Shown: positions 27,511 to 40,994 of the stretch, piece by piece
Layout: each line of letters starts with the position of its first letter
How positions within the stretch are numbered: the first letter of the stretch is position 1
Source of the DNA: Mytilus californianus
Taxonomy: Eukaryota
Direction of reading: 5' to 3'
NCBI RefSeq assembly: GCF_021869535.1
Contig: NW_026262666.1
Location: 7,192,001 to 7,256,000, forward strand
Length of the DNA stretch: 64,000 bases
Notes under the pieces: generated by a model
What the model was told of the DNA's origin: nothing
Database searches by the model: none
The model's input: only the letters and a program-made list of their open reading frames with translations
Position numbers and translations under genes: made by a program

Positions 27511-28721
27511 TTAAAGAAATTCACTTTAGATGAAAGATTATCAGCAACTCAATATCAATCTGAATCTGATCTTCATAAGCATATCGATTAAAACCTGTCG
27601 TTACCAAAGTCTCGAAAGAGAAATTTTTATTCGCATGACCACAAACAGGGTCAGCAAACGCACGCAATTACACATATAAACTAAATTGTACAGGATAAAC
27701 TTAACCTTCAAGTATGTCTAGTAGAAAGAATAGATCGTTCAAAGCTAAGGACAAAAACGCAAATGTGCCAAAAATAAAGACAAACGAAAAATATACAATT
27801 TAAACACACGAAAAAAGTACAGAGAGCTACAAAATATGTTGACATACTTACAAAAGAAAAATTATGCAATGCTGAAATTCTTGTTCTAGCGAAAGGACTA
27901 AAATTCATTCCCAGTCCTAGTTGTCGACATGCAAAGAAAACTCTCATAAATGACTTTAATGAACTAGCTCGTAAAATGAGATGCAAATATCACTTTGATG
28001 ATGGGTCTGGCAAATACAGTCATCATCCATTTCTTTCAAAAAGTAGTTATAAGCCAAACTGGGCTAATAATTCAATTGAAAGCTAATTATTTTCAACACG
28101 AATGGAATTGGAGACAATTCAAATTTAATCATTTAAGGACAACCTATCTAAAAATGAAAGAAAGGTATTGCAATCACTGCGTTCAAATGATCACATCATT
28201 ATTAAAAAGGCAGATAAGAACTCCTCAACAGTTGTTCTCGACAAAGAGCTAAATATAAAAATGGCGACAGACCAATTAAATGACAATATACACTATGAAA
28301 GAATTAACGAATCTCATACAACGGAAATACTGAAAAGTATCAACGGAATCATTAATCGTTTACACAAGGACTCACTCATTGATGATGTTACATTTAAATT
28401 TCTCACTAATAACCAGGGAAAACGATTAGGTAGACTTTACTTCCTACCAAAACGTCATAAAATTAATCAAGCGGATAGAAAAGAAGATATCAATCATTTA
28501 CAGAATGTAAACGTCAAAGGAAGACCTATCCTTATGCAATAGCCCGATAGAAAGAGTTGCACAATACATATATTATTTTATCAAAACAATTGTCAATCAA
28601 TCGTGGACATACACACAAGATACAACTTCTTTCATAAACAAATTGGAAAGAATAAAAACACCTGCAGACATCTTAATGAGTTCTTTTGACATTTCAAGTA
28701 TGTACACCAAATTTAAATAAG

Positions 28722-29601
28722 AAAATGCATGTACCAAGTCAGGAATATGACAGTTGTTATCCATTCGTTTGATGTGTTTGAGCTTTTGATTTTGCCATTT
28801 GATTAGGGACTTTCCTTTTCGAATTTTCCTCGGAGTTCAGTATTTTTGTGAAAAGTTAAATCACAAAAATACTTAACTCCAAGGAAAATTCAAAACAGAA
28901 AGTCTCTAATCAAATGGCAAAATTAACAACACAAACACATCAAACGAATGGACAACAACTGTCATATTCCTGACTTTGTACAGGCATTTTCTCATGTAGA
29001 AAATGGTGGATTAAACCTGGTTATATAGCGCTAAACCTCTCACTTGTATGACAGTCGCATCAAATTCCATTATATTGACAACGATGCGTGAATGAAACAA
29101 TCAGACATAAAAGGTAAAAATGTCAAAATAGGGGTACAGCAGTCAACACCGTGTCACAATCTTAATCACAACAAAAACAAACAAATATTTAACAAAGAAG
29201 CACAAAAAAGCATAAATCACATTTAACAACCTCGTTCAGTGTTTACTTTTTTTTGTATTTTATTTATGTATGCCAAATCAACCCATAAAGGATCAAGGGA
29301 TTCTAAGCACTGGGACTGTATCGTAATTTTAACATTAACTTTGGCGTAAAATCGCGTGTTTGACGTCAGAATGTAAACGTCACACATGAAGAGATATAAA
29401 ATAATTTTGTCGTTGAAAGTATGCAAAAATTATAATAGAACAATAACACAATGGCGGGATGTTTAAAGTACAGAGACACGTCATATGTATCAAAGAAACA
29501 TACAAAGTCACACGGACAAAGCACATAAGTAAAAACGAAAAATAATACAAACAACATAATGACGGGATGCATAAGTACAGAGCCACGTGATTTTACTTTT
29601 T
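28722..29601. mobile_element. Two opposed copies of an abundant interspersed repeat inserted into the PLE RT
   Basis: Splits the RT between SMYT and HSEI. Arms 28722-28851 and 28861-28990 form an imperfect ~130-bp inverted repeat. Related copies lie at ~23590-23760 and 50168-50300. Confidence 0.8.
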
Positions 29602-30028
29602 ACATCATTCTGAAATAAATAATGCAATCGACCGAGCATGGCCACAAAAATTGCGATGTCAATTTGACATCCCAGTGCCCCATACAAAGGATAAGTTAGA
29701 ACTACTTAAAATTGCCATCGCAAATAATGAATTCGAATTAAACGGACAAATTTTCATACAGAAACTTGAGGTACCGATGGGATCCCCAATGTCGCCTAGT
29801 TTATATTACAATATACGAAATCGTTTGGAAATATTGAAACAGTTTCCATACTCGTCCAACATTTCTCTTCTTTCTGTCTACAGGAATGACGGATTCTTAT
29901 TGTTCAAAGGGAGCGAACAATCTCTTAATGAGTTTTACCGAATTGCAACTAATATTCACCCACTATTAGAATTTACACATGAAACCTCTAATAATCTAAT
30001 ACAATGTTTAACAGATTCACCAGGTGTC

Positions 30029-30620
30029 GTGCCCCAAAAATGTAACTGCATCTTATACGTTACACGATAGAAACACATTGATTATAATTAAAAAGTAATT
30101 ATAATCAAATATTATAGTAAATAAAAATAATTTAGGCCAGGACACCTGACGAGGATGAACGGCCTTGGTCGAACTTGACCTAAATGATATCCAAATCACA
30201 AGGTGTAATATCATCAAATTAAAGAAAATCAAAGAAGACCAGTTGATTACCACAGATCATTTACGTTGGGAAAATCCTTTCAAATAAATAGATGTGTAAA
30301 AGTTTATAATTAACCACAGCACAATCTACCATTGAAATAACGCAAAGGTCAGCTGAGTTAAATTCAAGGTCAAAAATACAAAAAAGGTAGATACTCGAAT
30401 GGACAACAATCCATATTACACAAGAAGAATTGACATACATATCATTATAACAATGATTAATTTATTATTTTAAAGAGTGAACAAGCTTCAAAGACAAGCG
30501 GTCAGAACTTTAATTTGGATTCAATTGGTATCTGAACGAGTGGAAATATGACTTCGATAGCCCTATGCAGATGAAGAGCTTTGGAGACAATAAGATGCCA
30601 TACCCAAGGAAAGATGTAAG
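30029..30620 (+). repeat. Right terminal repeat (order B 30029-30329, A 30330-30620)
   Basis: gtgccccaaaaatgtaactgc...accacag followed by gcaaaggtcagc...gaaagatgtaaga. This is a circular permutation of the left repeat. Confidence 0.85.
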
Positions 30621-31448
30621 AATATATCAAGAAAGATTTACTTTTGTGCAAGCGCCATTAATATGTGCTCTCACCGAAATACAATACAGATTAGTTTATA
30701 AATAAAACTCTAAAACAAAGCAACACATGTATTTCAGCCAATCCCTTCCGTTTTCAAAGTGTTAAAAACACATATTAATTACATTATGTGTTTTCCCATA
30801 TACATGATATATAAAAAAATATAAAAAAACATATTATATGTATCTTATAAAAAACCTAACAAATTGCATATTTTTATCTAAATTATTTAAAAGATGCCTC
30901 TTAAATCTGACAAATGAACCGTTGAATTTTAATAATAGAAAAGAGTTGAAAGAGACATTCAGACTCATAAAATTGTTGTGATATTCATATTGAATTTGAA
31001 TAATCTTTCTTAAACATCCTTATAAAAAGGATGACAAAAATTCGAAAACGCCAAATTGAATGTTAATTCAAAAAGGGAGGAGTCCATCAAAAATGAGACT
31101 TTATCAACCAAAAGAACGAATTAAAAACAACCGTCACATTTCTGTCTTGTTACAAAATTTTCCGACGAAAATAGTTAATTTTTATATTTTTATAAAAGTG
31201 ATGATGATTATTTGGAAGTTACTGTAAAACCATCAAGTATAATTGACCGTTTCTAGTCTGGATTGTCTTGTATATTTATTTACGCTTATAAACTTTTTAT
31301 GTAACTTCCTGAATAATTTGCTATTTGGTTAGGATATTCAGATTTTGAGCACACTGACATACATATCATTCGTTTTGATTAAATGTAAGTTTTTCCTTAA
31401 GACTGATGTTTATAATTAACATTAAATTTGTTTTTTCTCATTTCACAG

Positions 31449-31571
31449 ACACCTGACTTGAAGGATGACATAGGTGATCCAATGACAACATTATGTACTA
31501 CTGAAATGTATGTTGAATGTTCTAGCTGCACCCACAATCATAATGAGTTGGAAGGAGAAGTTAAGATGTAA
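31449..31571 (+). CDS. Candidate terminal exon (TPDLKDDIGDPMTTLCTTEMYVECSSCTHNHNELEGEVKM*)
   Basis: Strong acceptor (ttttttctcatttcacag) and an open phase-0 frame to TAA. Linkage to the 23-kb exons is inferred. Confidence 0.4.
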   Translation, partial: TPDLKDDIGDPMTTLCTTEMYVECSSCTHNHNELEGEVKM

Positions 31572-33254
31572 TGCGCCATGGCCTCTAGGAATTCATAAAT
31601 ATTTTATGATTATTTTGGTTTTCATTTGATATATTCATGATATTCAAATACTATAATCTATTCAACAGGAATAATACAGGTTTTAATACTCTAAATACGA
31701 AATGTTTTATAACATTTTCAAGTTCGCTTGATACCTAAAGATTGAGATTCTTAATACATGGATTACAAAGAGCTCAGTATTGACTAAGCAAACAATAAAA
31801 GAAACTTATTTCCTATAACAAACTAAATTATCCTGACAATCATAATTTTTATCAGCTTTTAGTTTTGAAGTTGTCAATCTTATCAATATAAAAGAGAAAA
31901 ATACGGGACGCATACCTTGTGGGTTCGGCAGTACTCCAAAATTAGATTTCACTGGGATGGATGATATTTAAGTAATATTGAGTGACTGGACATACTCAAT
32001 ACATCTGAAAGTGAAATTAAAGAACATAGCAAAATGTTTCTCAACTTGTTAATAAGAGTATTTTTATGGATTCTTCTTCATACACTGGTTAGTCGATTTT
32101 GAATTGAAACAGTCATTTTGATCTGAACTGTCAACTGATAAGTTATGTATAGTGTTTTAGTCAATTTTCAGATTTATCCACAGCGTTTAATTCAGTAATA
32201 TTCAGACACATGTCTTGCAGTCACTTAAACTCTCTTCAGTTAATTTACAGTAGTGTTCAATAGTTATCATTAACTGTTAATATCAAAAGATTATTGAAAA
32301 AAAATCAGTGAACAAATCGCAATCAGTAATGTCACACACTCAATGTATGAAGACGTGATTCTAGCTTCAATAACTTAAACATATGTTTAGTCACCTGTGT
32401 TGCAGAAATTCAAAAACAAGTTCACTGGTCACGTTGGCACTTTTGAAGAGATGACTTTAACCCAAGCATTTGCACACTTGATATGCTAGCGTCCTGGTGA
32501 TTTTGATGTAGTTTCTTTTAGACACTTTTTTCAGGGAGTGATCTCTTTTGTCATCGTTTATTTTTTAACTGATCTTCAATATCAATTGCTAGATGCAATT
32601 CAATATACAATATATGGAGCGAACATAACAGTTTCTGTATCTGTGGTATTCTTTATTCCAAGTGCTTAGGGATAAATCAACTTAATAGAAAATTGCTTTA
32701 ACTTGATACCATTCAGAGTTTGACATCAGTTTTTCTTTCCTTATTTTCTATTCTAAGTTCAGAAAATGAAAATAACAGTAGGAACTTAATGCACCCGAAG
32801 CACTTTTCTGGACTTGCTAGCTCAAAGCCAAAATTTAAAAGCCACGGATGTAAAAGGCTTGGTAATTGACCATGTGAATGTGACAGTATGATGGGCTTCA
32901 AAATATTCATATATTCTTAATATGTTTTACAAAATTGAATAAAATAACACAGGGAAATATCTATCAAGAAAATTATACAAATAAATTTTAGACCGATTTT
33001 TTTAATGAAAAGTTAATATTACATGTAAATACCGTACATGTATACACGTAGGCCATATGCTAACCTATTGTAATAACAATTAATTAATGAACTGGGCTTA
33101 CGTAAATTTTACAACTATAAATTGTCCAGCTTGTCAATTAAAGTCAGCTTGATAGATATTTATCTGTGTATCTTTTGAATAAAAACTATTATTGTTACAC
33201 TAATAGAAATGTTGATAAATTGTTATATTGAATGTAACATTTATATAATTAATC

Positions 33255-33440
33255 TCATCGATACCAGGATTGAAATGTTGTATTTGCGCCAGACGCGCGT
33301 TTCGTCTCATCAGTGACGCTTGAATCAAAGAGAGTTAAAAAGGCCAAATAAAGTACAAAGTTGAAGAGCATTGATAGCCAAAAATTCCTCAGAGTTTTGC
33401 CAAATTCAGCTAAGGTAATCTATTCCTGAGGTAGAAAAGC
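33255..33440 (-). mobile_element. Retrozyme-family fragment with hammerhead lacking stem II (33287-33318)
   Basis: Minus strand reads CGUCA-CUGAUGA-GAC-GAAA-CGCGCG-UC-UGGCG. The flanks match the 22.2-kb copy. Confidence 0.8.
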
Positions 33441-35272
33441 TTATGATTAACCCGTTATGGACCATTCCAGACCGGTTAAATAAACTGTGATTGTTACAAC
33501 TATCTTGTTTTGCTAAATGAATGGCTATATGACAAAAAAATTCCAAAAATAATAACCAAATCCAAATTTAGAAGTTAGAAGAAAACATTACTAAATTGTG
33601 TATCAATACCCCTTTATCTACATTTACTTGCAAAAGGATACAGTAGCACGGTGTATATTCGTAACGCTTGCTTTCCGATTCAATAGACGGTAACGCTTGC
33701 TTTCCGACACGCGTAACGCTTGCTTTCAGATTTATGTTGACTAAGAAGCAGGAGACACGAAATGAGGATAGCCGATACTGAAATCGGATGGTAAATAGTG
33801 TTTCCTCTTGTATCTCACGGAACACTAGCAATAATTTTCTTGATAAAGATGTAATGCATGTCATCATAAACATTTGTAATTATGTCGTAAAAGGTCCCAC
33901 AAATGCAACACTTTAAACGATTCAACACGAGAATGCATTTCTTTCGTATGAAACTGTTTAACACATTTAAGATTAACTCAGGTTTCAAATCCTCTATAGA
34001 CTTTCCTTTCGTTTCTCGAAATTCATTTAATCTAATCATAACTGCTCTTTGGAAAAAATAACAAGAAACACTGTCTTTCAGATTGTTTACCTTCAGCGTC
34101 ATTCTTGGAAACACTTGCTTTCCGTTTCTCAGGAAACGACTTCCTTCAGATGGAACGATTTGCAAATCATTGGATTACATGCACACTAAAAACATTGTTT
34201 TCAATATTTATTTATAAACACCATACGACACAGCGGAGGTAACAAGTCAAATCGGCGCCTGTGATAGTTTACTAAAAGAAAATATAAAGTAAAGATTAAA
34301 ATGTTCGATTCGGCACCCATTACATTTAGATATTAATTTTGTTATATTCTACTCAAATAAAATACACGAATCCCAAAAATAACTACAAACAAAAAAAATT
34401 AAAAAAAAACAAGTCAGGTGTTCCGAAAGGAAAAAAAATCATTAACTTCCGTTTTCAAATTACAATATTTTGATTATTACTTTGAAAAAAAAACCCACAA
34501 TAAACGGGAAAAAAAGGTCTATGGCTACATCCTCAACAGAGTACAAAAATAGAAATTTAAAAATACTGGGCCAATAGTAATGGACAACTATATCACATAA
34601 CAGTGTTACCTGACCAAAACTCTGAAGAAATCAACCTGTACATGTAATGGTTCAATCACAGTATCACAGTCCAATGTGCATGTGAACTTTCGTATTTTAT
34701 AAAAAAAAACCTAACCCTAACCCCTGGGCATATTTTGGTGAACAGCGTTCTTCGATGCAAAATTTCGCATTAAACATGCATGAAATATTTGCCACTAGAC
34801 GTTAAACAACCAATAATCAATCAATTAATCGATGCAAAATTTGAAAAACAAATGTAAAACTTGCAAGTTTGTATCAAATACTTGTAACGGCAAAATATAG
34901 CGTTAAATAACTTGGCATGTTGATTCTATGGAAGAAGGTACAAATTGTTAGGGGAGTGGGAAACTTACTTTTATCAAGTGGTAGGTATGAGCCGTTGACA
35001 TGTTTTTACCAAGCTGGACAATTTATAGTCGTAAAACTTACGTAAGCCCAGTTCATGAATTAATTGTTATTACAACAGGTCAGCATATGTCCTACGTGTA
35101 TACATATACTGTATTTACATATAATTTTTATTTTGGATGTAACACGTCTTCTGATTGGCTAACGTTGTTTTGTTTATCAGCTCATAGACATAATTTTGTC
35201 ATGTGACCGTGACGTCATCAACGTTTTTTCATGGTTTACTCCGGTTTAAAATGGAATTTAGAATTAAATTAT

Positions 35273-35425
35273 AAGAAATGACTGTAATATTTTTTCTGTC
35301 TATTCGAAATAACATAAAAAATGTGGTGCACACTTTAAAATAACACGCTACGCGGGTTATTCAGTGTGCACCACATTTTTGATGTTATTTCTTCATAGAC
35401 AGAAAAAATATTACAGTCATTCCTT
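35273..35425. repeat. ~150-bp imperfect palindrome (foldback/MITE)
   Basis: aatgactgtaatattttttctgtctat...atgtggtgcacact pairs with agtgtgcaccacat...atagacagaaaaaatattacagtcatt. Confidence 0.9.
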
Positions 35426-36401
35426 AAATAATGTTAAGGTCGAAAAAGTCATATAAAAAATATGAGAGCCCGCCTTGTACACCACAGTTACTTCGGTAGT
35501 CTTGAAACATTGCATAATATATATATATATATAATGATTTTCTACAATGAAATATGTTTGAAAATGCTTAATAACTACTACCATATTTGATTGAACCTGA
35601 GGCCTTAAATATTAAAGCAAGCGTTTCCTGAATCTCAAAGTAAGCGTTACAAATCAATTTTCAGAAAAATGTTAAATAAACACAATAGCGTCATTTGTGA
35701 TTTTATAGTTTGTATCAAAATGATATATCAACCATATTCAGATACAACTGCGTTGAGAAAGTTAAGTAAATGTGGATGAAAGTTTAAAAATTTAGATATG
35801 TTTGGCTGTAAAGTCTATTTTACAAAACAACGCAGTTCTGTTGTAAACGAAATCGCATTCATTTATCATTTTAAGAAACAAGTCATGAAACTGGATACCT
35901 CTATGTTTGTTTTGTTCTGTTAACTTCTGTTTTATTCAAAGAAAATCATGAGTGAGCATTACATTTGTTAGGATCAGATCCGCAGCTGAAAATACATTCT
36001 TGACGTATTTAGATTTCCCAATATTAAAACATGTAAAAATAATGTTTCTTTTTCTCGGACATTTTGATATTGTTTGACACACACGATAAGGTGTATTATC
36101 ATAGCATAGCATAAGTTTTAAAATGTACAGAGTAAAGAAAAATAATATTTTGAATTGTTTGTTTCATTTTAGACCTAAGTAGTGCAAAGGAAAATAGACC
36201 ATTATTTGTTATTCAAGTTACTTCTACTTTTGTTTTGATTGATCAATGGAAATGTTTGGTTGCAAATATGTTGTTTACTGGATTTAATACCTTGTAAAAG
36301 AAAAACTGTCAAAAGTCAAATCAAAAAGACGTTTCGCTTCATCAAAGCGTATTGCCACTACAAGCCCTGTAAAAAGAAAACATTGGTGATTGTGATGTTA
36401 A

Positions 36402-37410
36402 AGGGGCATTAGCTGTCAAATTCATCTTCACAGATTTGACTAAAATTCTCATATTTGATTTATTACATACTAAAACGTATATCTATTTACAAAAAGTCTA
36501 AAATGGATAATTTACATGAGCTCCATAATATGTTTCAGCATTTCGTGTGTGTTTTAGTCTAGACGCCATCTAATCAACTATTGAGGTAACATCCGAAAAC
36601 TGCCGACGGTCATATAATCCGATATAAACATAAATATAGATATTAACGATAGCGAACTCTTGCAATTAGATTTTTCTAGGTTTGTTAAATTTCATATTGT
36701 AAGGTTAAAATATGTGTTAAAAATCGCTCTTGTTGTTGCTCTTTCAATGTTGACATTTGTTTCCTTTTAATAACTGAACACGCCTAATTCATGAGTAACC
36801 CATCTCTAGCTAAGGGGTTAAACTGAAAGTCACATGAATACGGATTCAATGAGGTCGAATTATTCACTTGCAAGTGAACAAATAATCAGCGATGTTTCTA
36901 GGCTTATTTTGACAAAAATTGAACCAAAATAGCTGCTTAAAGATGTTCGGTACTCTGTTTTAAAATAACAAGCTTTTTAAAAGACTGTTATAAATTGATA
37001 ATACATAAATAGAGAAACTAAACAAGCAGAAAAAAAAAATAAAGGGTTCGTGTGCTTGTTTTCGAGATTTAAGCCTTTAAGAATTTGGCGGAAATAATTC
37101 TCTCTAGATTTTTCATACATTTAACATTAGCACCTTATTTCTTTCAAAAACTATGAAAAAATAACATGCATTTTATAAGATTTTCAAAAATGACATTTGA
37201 AACTATATGTAATCAAATTAGGGAAAGAAAAGTAGGGGTAAGTGGGCAAAATTTTAATAGCAGTACATGAATAACACCAGAGGGTTCCGAATATCTGCAA
37301 AAAATGCAAAAACAATAGAAGCGAACTTATTATTTCACTATTTCACTTATCAATGATTGAATAAAACGAAAATATATTTCATTTTTTTTATATCTCGTAA
37401 CTAAGTCCCC
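36402..37410. mobile_element. Non-autonomous DNA transposon with TTAA flanks (Kolobok/piggyBac-like)
   Basis: TTAA|aggggcattag...ctaagtcccc|TTAA. Part of its right half is duplicated at ~37445-37845. Confidence 0.5.
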
Positions 37411-37859
37411 TTAAATATGCATGTTATGTTAAAAGAATACAACTTTAAGGATCTTTGGTCCTCTGTTTTAAAATAACCAGCTTTTAAAAAGACCGTTATA
37501 AATTGATGGTTTATAAATAAACGAATTTAAAAAGAATGTTAGAAATTGATAGTATATAAATAAAAGAATTTAAAAAAGAAGGAAAATATGACAGGTCCGT
37601 GTCCTTGTTTTTGTGATATAATCAATTGAAAAAATGGCGGGAAATGATTCTCTCTAGATTTATCATACATTAAACATTAACGCCTTTTCATCGTTCAAAA
37701 AATTTGAAAAAATAACAGGGATGTTAGAAGATTTTCGAAAATAGCTTTTTAAACTATATGTTATGAGATTTTGATATAAAAAGTATGGGTTAGCGGGCAA
37801 AATTTTCATAGGCACTACATGAAAAAAAACCCGGAGATTCAGATATTTATGTAGGACTC

Positions 37860-38585
37860 GGAGGTGCGATGGGGACGCTGAAGTGTGATGGTCACGCTGA
37901 AATGCGATGTTCTGTGCCGAAGTGCGTTGGTCCTTACGCTGAAATGCGATGGTGTACAAGACACTTGATGGCTAGTTTTATGGCTAATCTTTAGGTGTCC
38001 AACCATTATGTGGAACTTTGATTTATTTATTAATTAGTATATAAATACCAAACATTCAATATTTTCTCCAGTTTTAGTGAAAAAGCGTTATATCTTCTTC
38101 ATCTTGTTCTCATTCACAGTAGCCGTTTACATCTTTCGCGTTTTTTGTTTCGTTTTGACTAATCAAGTAGTAATTTCATTTCAAACAAGTACCAATATTT
38201 TTAGGCATTTCAATTATTTCTGGCTTTAGAGGAATATAACCTATACATTTAGCGTTTATAGTGGTCTATATCTGAACGATTGTATGGATTACTGCTATTT
38301 TCTCATACACCATTTACAAAGTACACCACAACGTTACAGTTAGGAATGGAAATGCAATGACTAGTTATCATGACTACTCTAACAAACAAATTGACTTCTA
38401 CATCGACATGTGAACATAAAACAAAACAAAAAACAGTGAAAATATGATTTAATAATATGTAAACCATCCCACTTCAGCTTCACCAAAATCGAACTTCAGC
38501 GTAGCTATTAACAAGTTAGCGTCACAATGCCAACATCGCACTTCACCGTCAAACTATCGCATTTCAGCATGACCATCGCGATTTA
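37860..38585. mobile_element. Element with inverted ends built of ~20-bp subterminal repeats
   Basis: gatggtcacgctgaaatgcgat on the left versus atcgcatttcagcatgaccatc on the right (21/22 inverted match). The motif is repeated several times at each end. Confidence 0.65.
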
Positions 38586-40994
38586 GGGTTCTACATATAT
38601 AAATGAGAGTAGCGAACACCCTTAACATAATTAAGATTACTTTATTTCTTTTCTTTTCATGAATGTTAAATTACTTTATAAAGAATAGACTTTCAACTAT
38701 TTCTGTTCGACGTTATTGGCTGAGTGCAAATTTAACATTTATAAGAAAATGAATATTAAAAGAAACAACGAATAAGGAATGAATAAAACTTACATCTAAT
38801 GTTCTATCCAACGAAACATAAATGATTATAATAAAGTGCGTACAAGGCATTAAGGGACCAAAAAAGCCGGTAGAATGTGGTTTATTGCAATCCTGTTCTT
38901 TTTTCGTCAATAGAAACATGTAAAAAAACAACATTTTACATTTAATTAGGTATAAAAACGGTTAATTCAAATAAAGCAATGGAAAATCACTGTTTGGATT
39001 TAGTTCGTAAGTATTTGGCCTTGTGTACAAATAGACAGAAGAGTGTATATTCAAACTCTGTTTACTAGACCGAATAAAGACGTTATGCATACAATATATC
39101 ATAATAATGCTATGACGTCACAATATGATCCTTAAGTTACGTTACAGTCTTTTACGTTAACAGATAAGAATAGATTTAATCAGCGTCTCTGTATTGTGGG
39201 TAATTCATCATAATCACCGCATCCTGAATAGGAATTCAGGTTTGCTACGATGAACACATAATACTTATTAAAAATTGTTCTTTAGATACGAAATATTTGA
39301 CAACCGAACTCGACAAAATTACATTTTGTGAACATGTTTTGATAGTTTAAACGGCTGTTGTATTGACAAATTATATAAAGTATATTGGCATTATCAATAC
39401 TAAAAGAATCAACAATGATAGACTGTTACAATTTATCATCCAATACTTCGTTTCTCTAACACCAATCAGTGTTCCTCGAATCAAAACATTTCGTCAAATA
39501 AATTTAAACATCAAATATTTTAAAACGTTTGTCATTTAATTGGTAAATATATACTGTTTATAGTTATAACATTCACGGTATCAAGTTAACTATTTAGTTG
39601 TTTTACAGATAACTGTTTGTTTCATTACACACATTGAATTACATTTAACCTTAGTCCCTGGAATCTAAGAAATCATCATTTTGAATTCGATGATCTCCCG
39701 TTTACCACAAAAATCTCAACTGCAAAATGTTCCATCGAATAATACAAATACATCATATATATGTCTAATACGAAAGTACTGTATACTTAATGTCAAGATT
39801 TGTATGTCTCTATAACAAGATAGATAATCTATAGTCTTTAGTTATCTATATTTCAATACTGTTGTTTTTTTCTCTCGTCGTTTTATGTTATTTGCCATGA
39901 TATTGCTTGTTTGTTTTCGATTTATCAGTTTGAATATCGCTTTGATTAATGGATTTTCTGAATCCATGACTTAGGTTTTCAAAACAGAACGTAGATAATA
40001 ATTTGTTTCTCAATTAAACAGCCATGCAACTGACATATTATGAAATGAATTTACATAAATGAAAAATGTACATTATCATATCACAAAAACACCGGAAGAT
40101 GTAAATGTTCAACAGTTTATGTTGTATCGCTGTTAATCAGATATTAGAAAATAATATGTTGTTATTTGTACATTTGCAGCTGCCTTACGACAAACGAAAC
40201 ATTGCCAAGGCAAGTAAGTTATTTTTTTCAGTATGTAAGAATAAATTAGAGCTTTTATTTCTTTAAAGATTCACAATTACCATTAAATTTTAAATTGTTT
40301 AGATTTGTAACAAGCTAGACCCCACAATATAATATAGAAATATTCTTTTATACCAATTATTATAGTTATTATTAGAATTTATTGCAAATGATCGATTACT
40401 ATATAGAGTTTTGTGGACTTGTTTGTCTTTAGTCGTTTCCATTTTTGCTATGATGTTTTAAGTGGATAAAGGAAGATGTGGTATGAGTGCCAAAGAGACA
40501 ACTTTCCCTCCAAGTCATAATTTGTAAAAGTGAACCATTATAGTTCAAAGTACGGCCACCAACACGGAGCATTTGATCACACCGAACAGCAAGCTATAAA
40601 GGGCCCAAACATGACGAGTGTATAACCATTCAAAAAAAAAAAAAACAGTCGGGCTAATCTACAAAATATGTATATAAAAACGAGAATCGAGAAGCACTTA
40701 TGAAGCACATTAACAAACGACAACCACTGAACATCATAAATAACTCCTTTGTATCTTTCGGCTATATTAGCTGTTGCATGTGATTGATTAACAGATGTTT
40801 TCGATAAAACAAATAAAATATTTTGAAAATAAAGTCAATCTCAAGTAGGAAAACATTACTGAAAAGTACAATCCGACATTGTTATTTTATATCAGATGTT
40901 GAATTTCAATGGTATTTTTGCACACTGTATTATTGTTTAATTATTCATATATCTTTTACAGGAGTTTCTTTTGGATTGACCTATACTATCAAAC

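Larger units (their letters stand above)
24678..30620 (+). mobile_element. Decayed Penelope-like retroelement with permuted terminal repeats and a nested insertion
   Basis: N-terminal region at ~26050-26600. RT region from 27721: NAEILVLAKGLKFIP, IIIKKADKNSSTVVLD, RLYFLPKRHK...GRPI, DTTSFI, FDISSMYT. After an insertion it resumes HSEI...NNEFELNGQIFIQKLEVPMGSPMSP...VYRND...HPLLEFTHE (to ~30020). Multiple stops and frameshifts are present. Flanked by A-B and B-A repeats. Confidence 0.88.

Noticed and set aside
30139-30182. Hammerhead-like string in PLE terminal repeat B (cCTGACGAggatgaacggccttggtcGAActtg; second copy at ~25070-25112)
   Set aside because: GAAA is incomplete, stem II does not start directly after CUGANGA, I could not build stems I and III, and the other copy has CTAACGA.
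33568-34165. Two overlapping minus-strand ORFs (116 and 101 aa) with a CCIC motif and a 3x gtaacgcttgctttcc repeat at ~33660-33729
   Set aside because: No recognisable domain or splice structure. It may be a decayed transposon ORF, but I cannot support a call.
34710-34726. cctaaccctaacccct telomere-like motif
   Set aside because: Only about two units, so compatible with chance.
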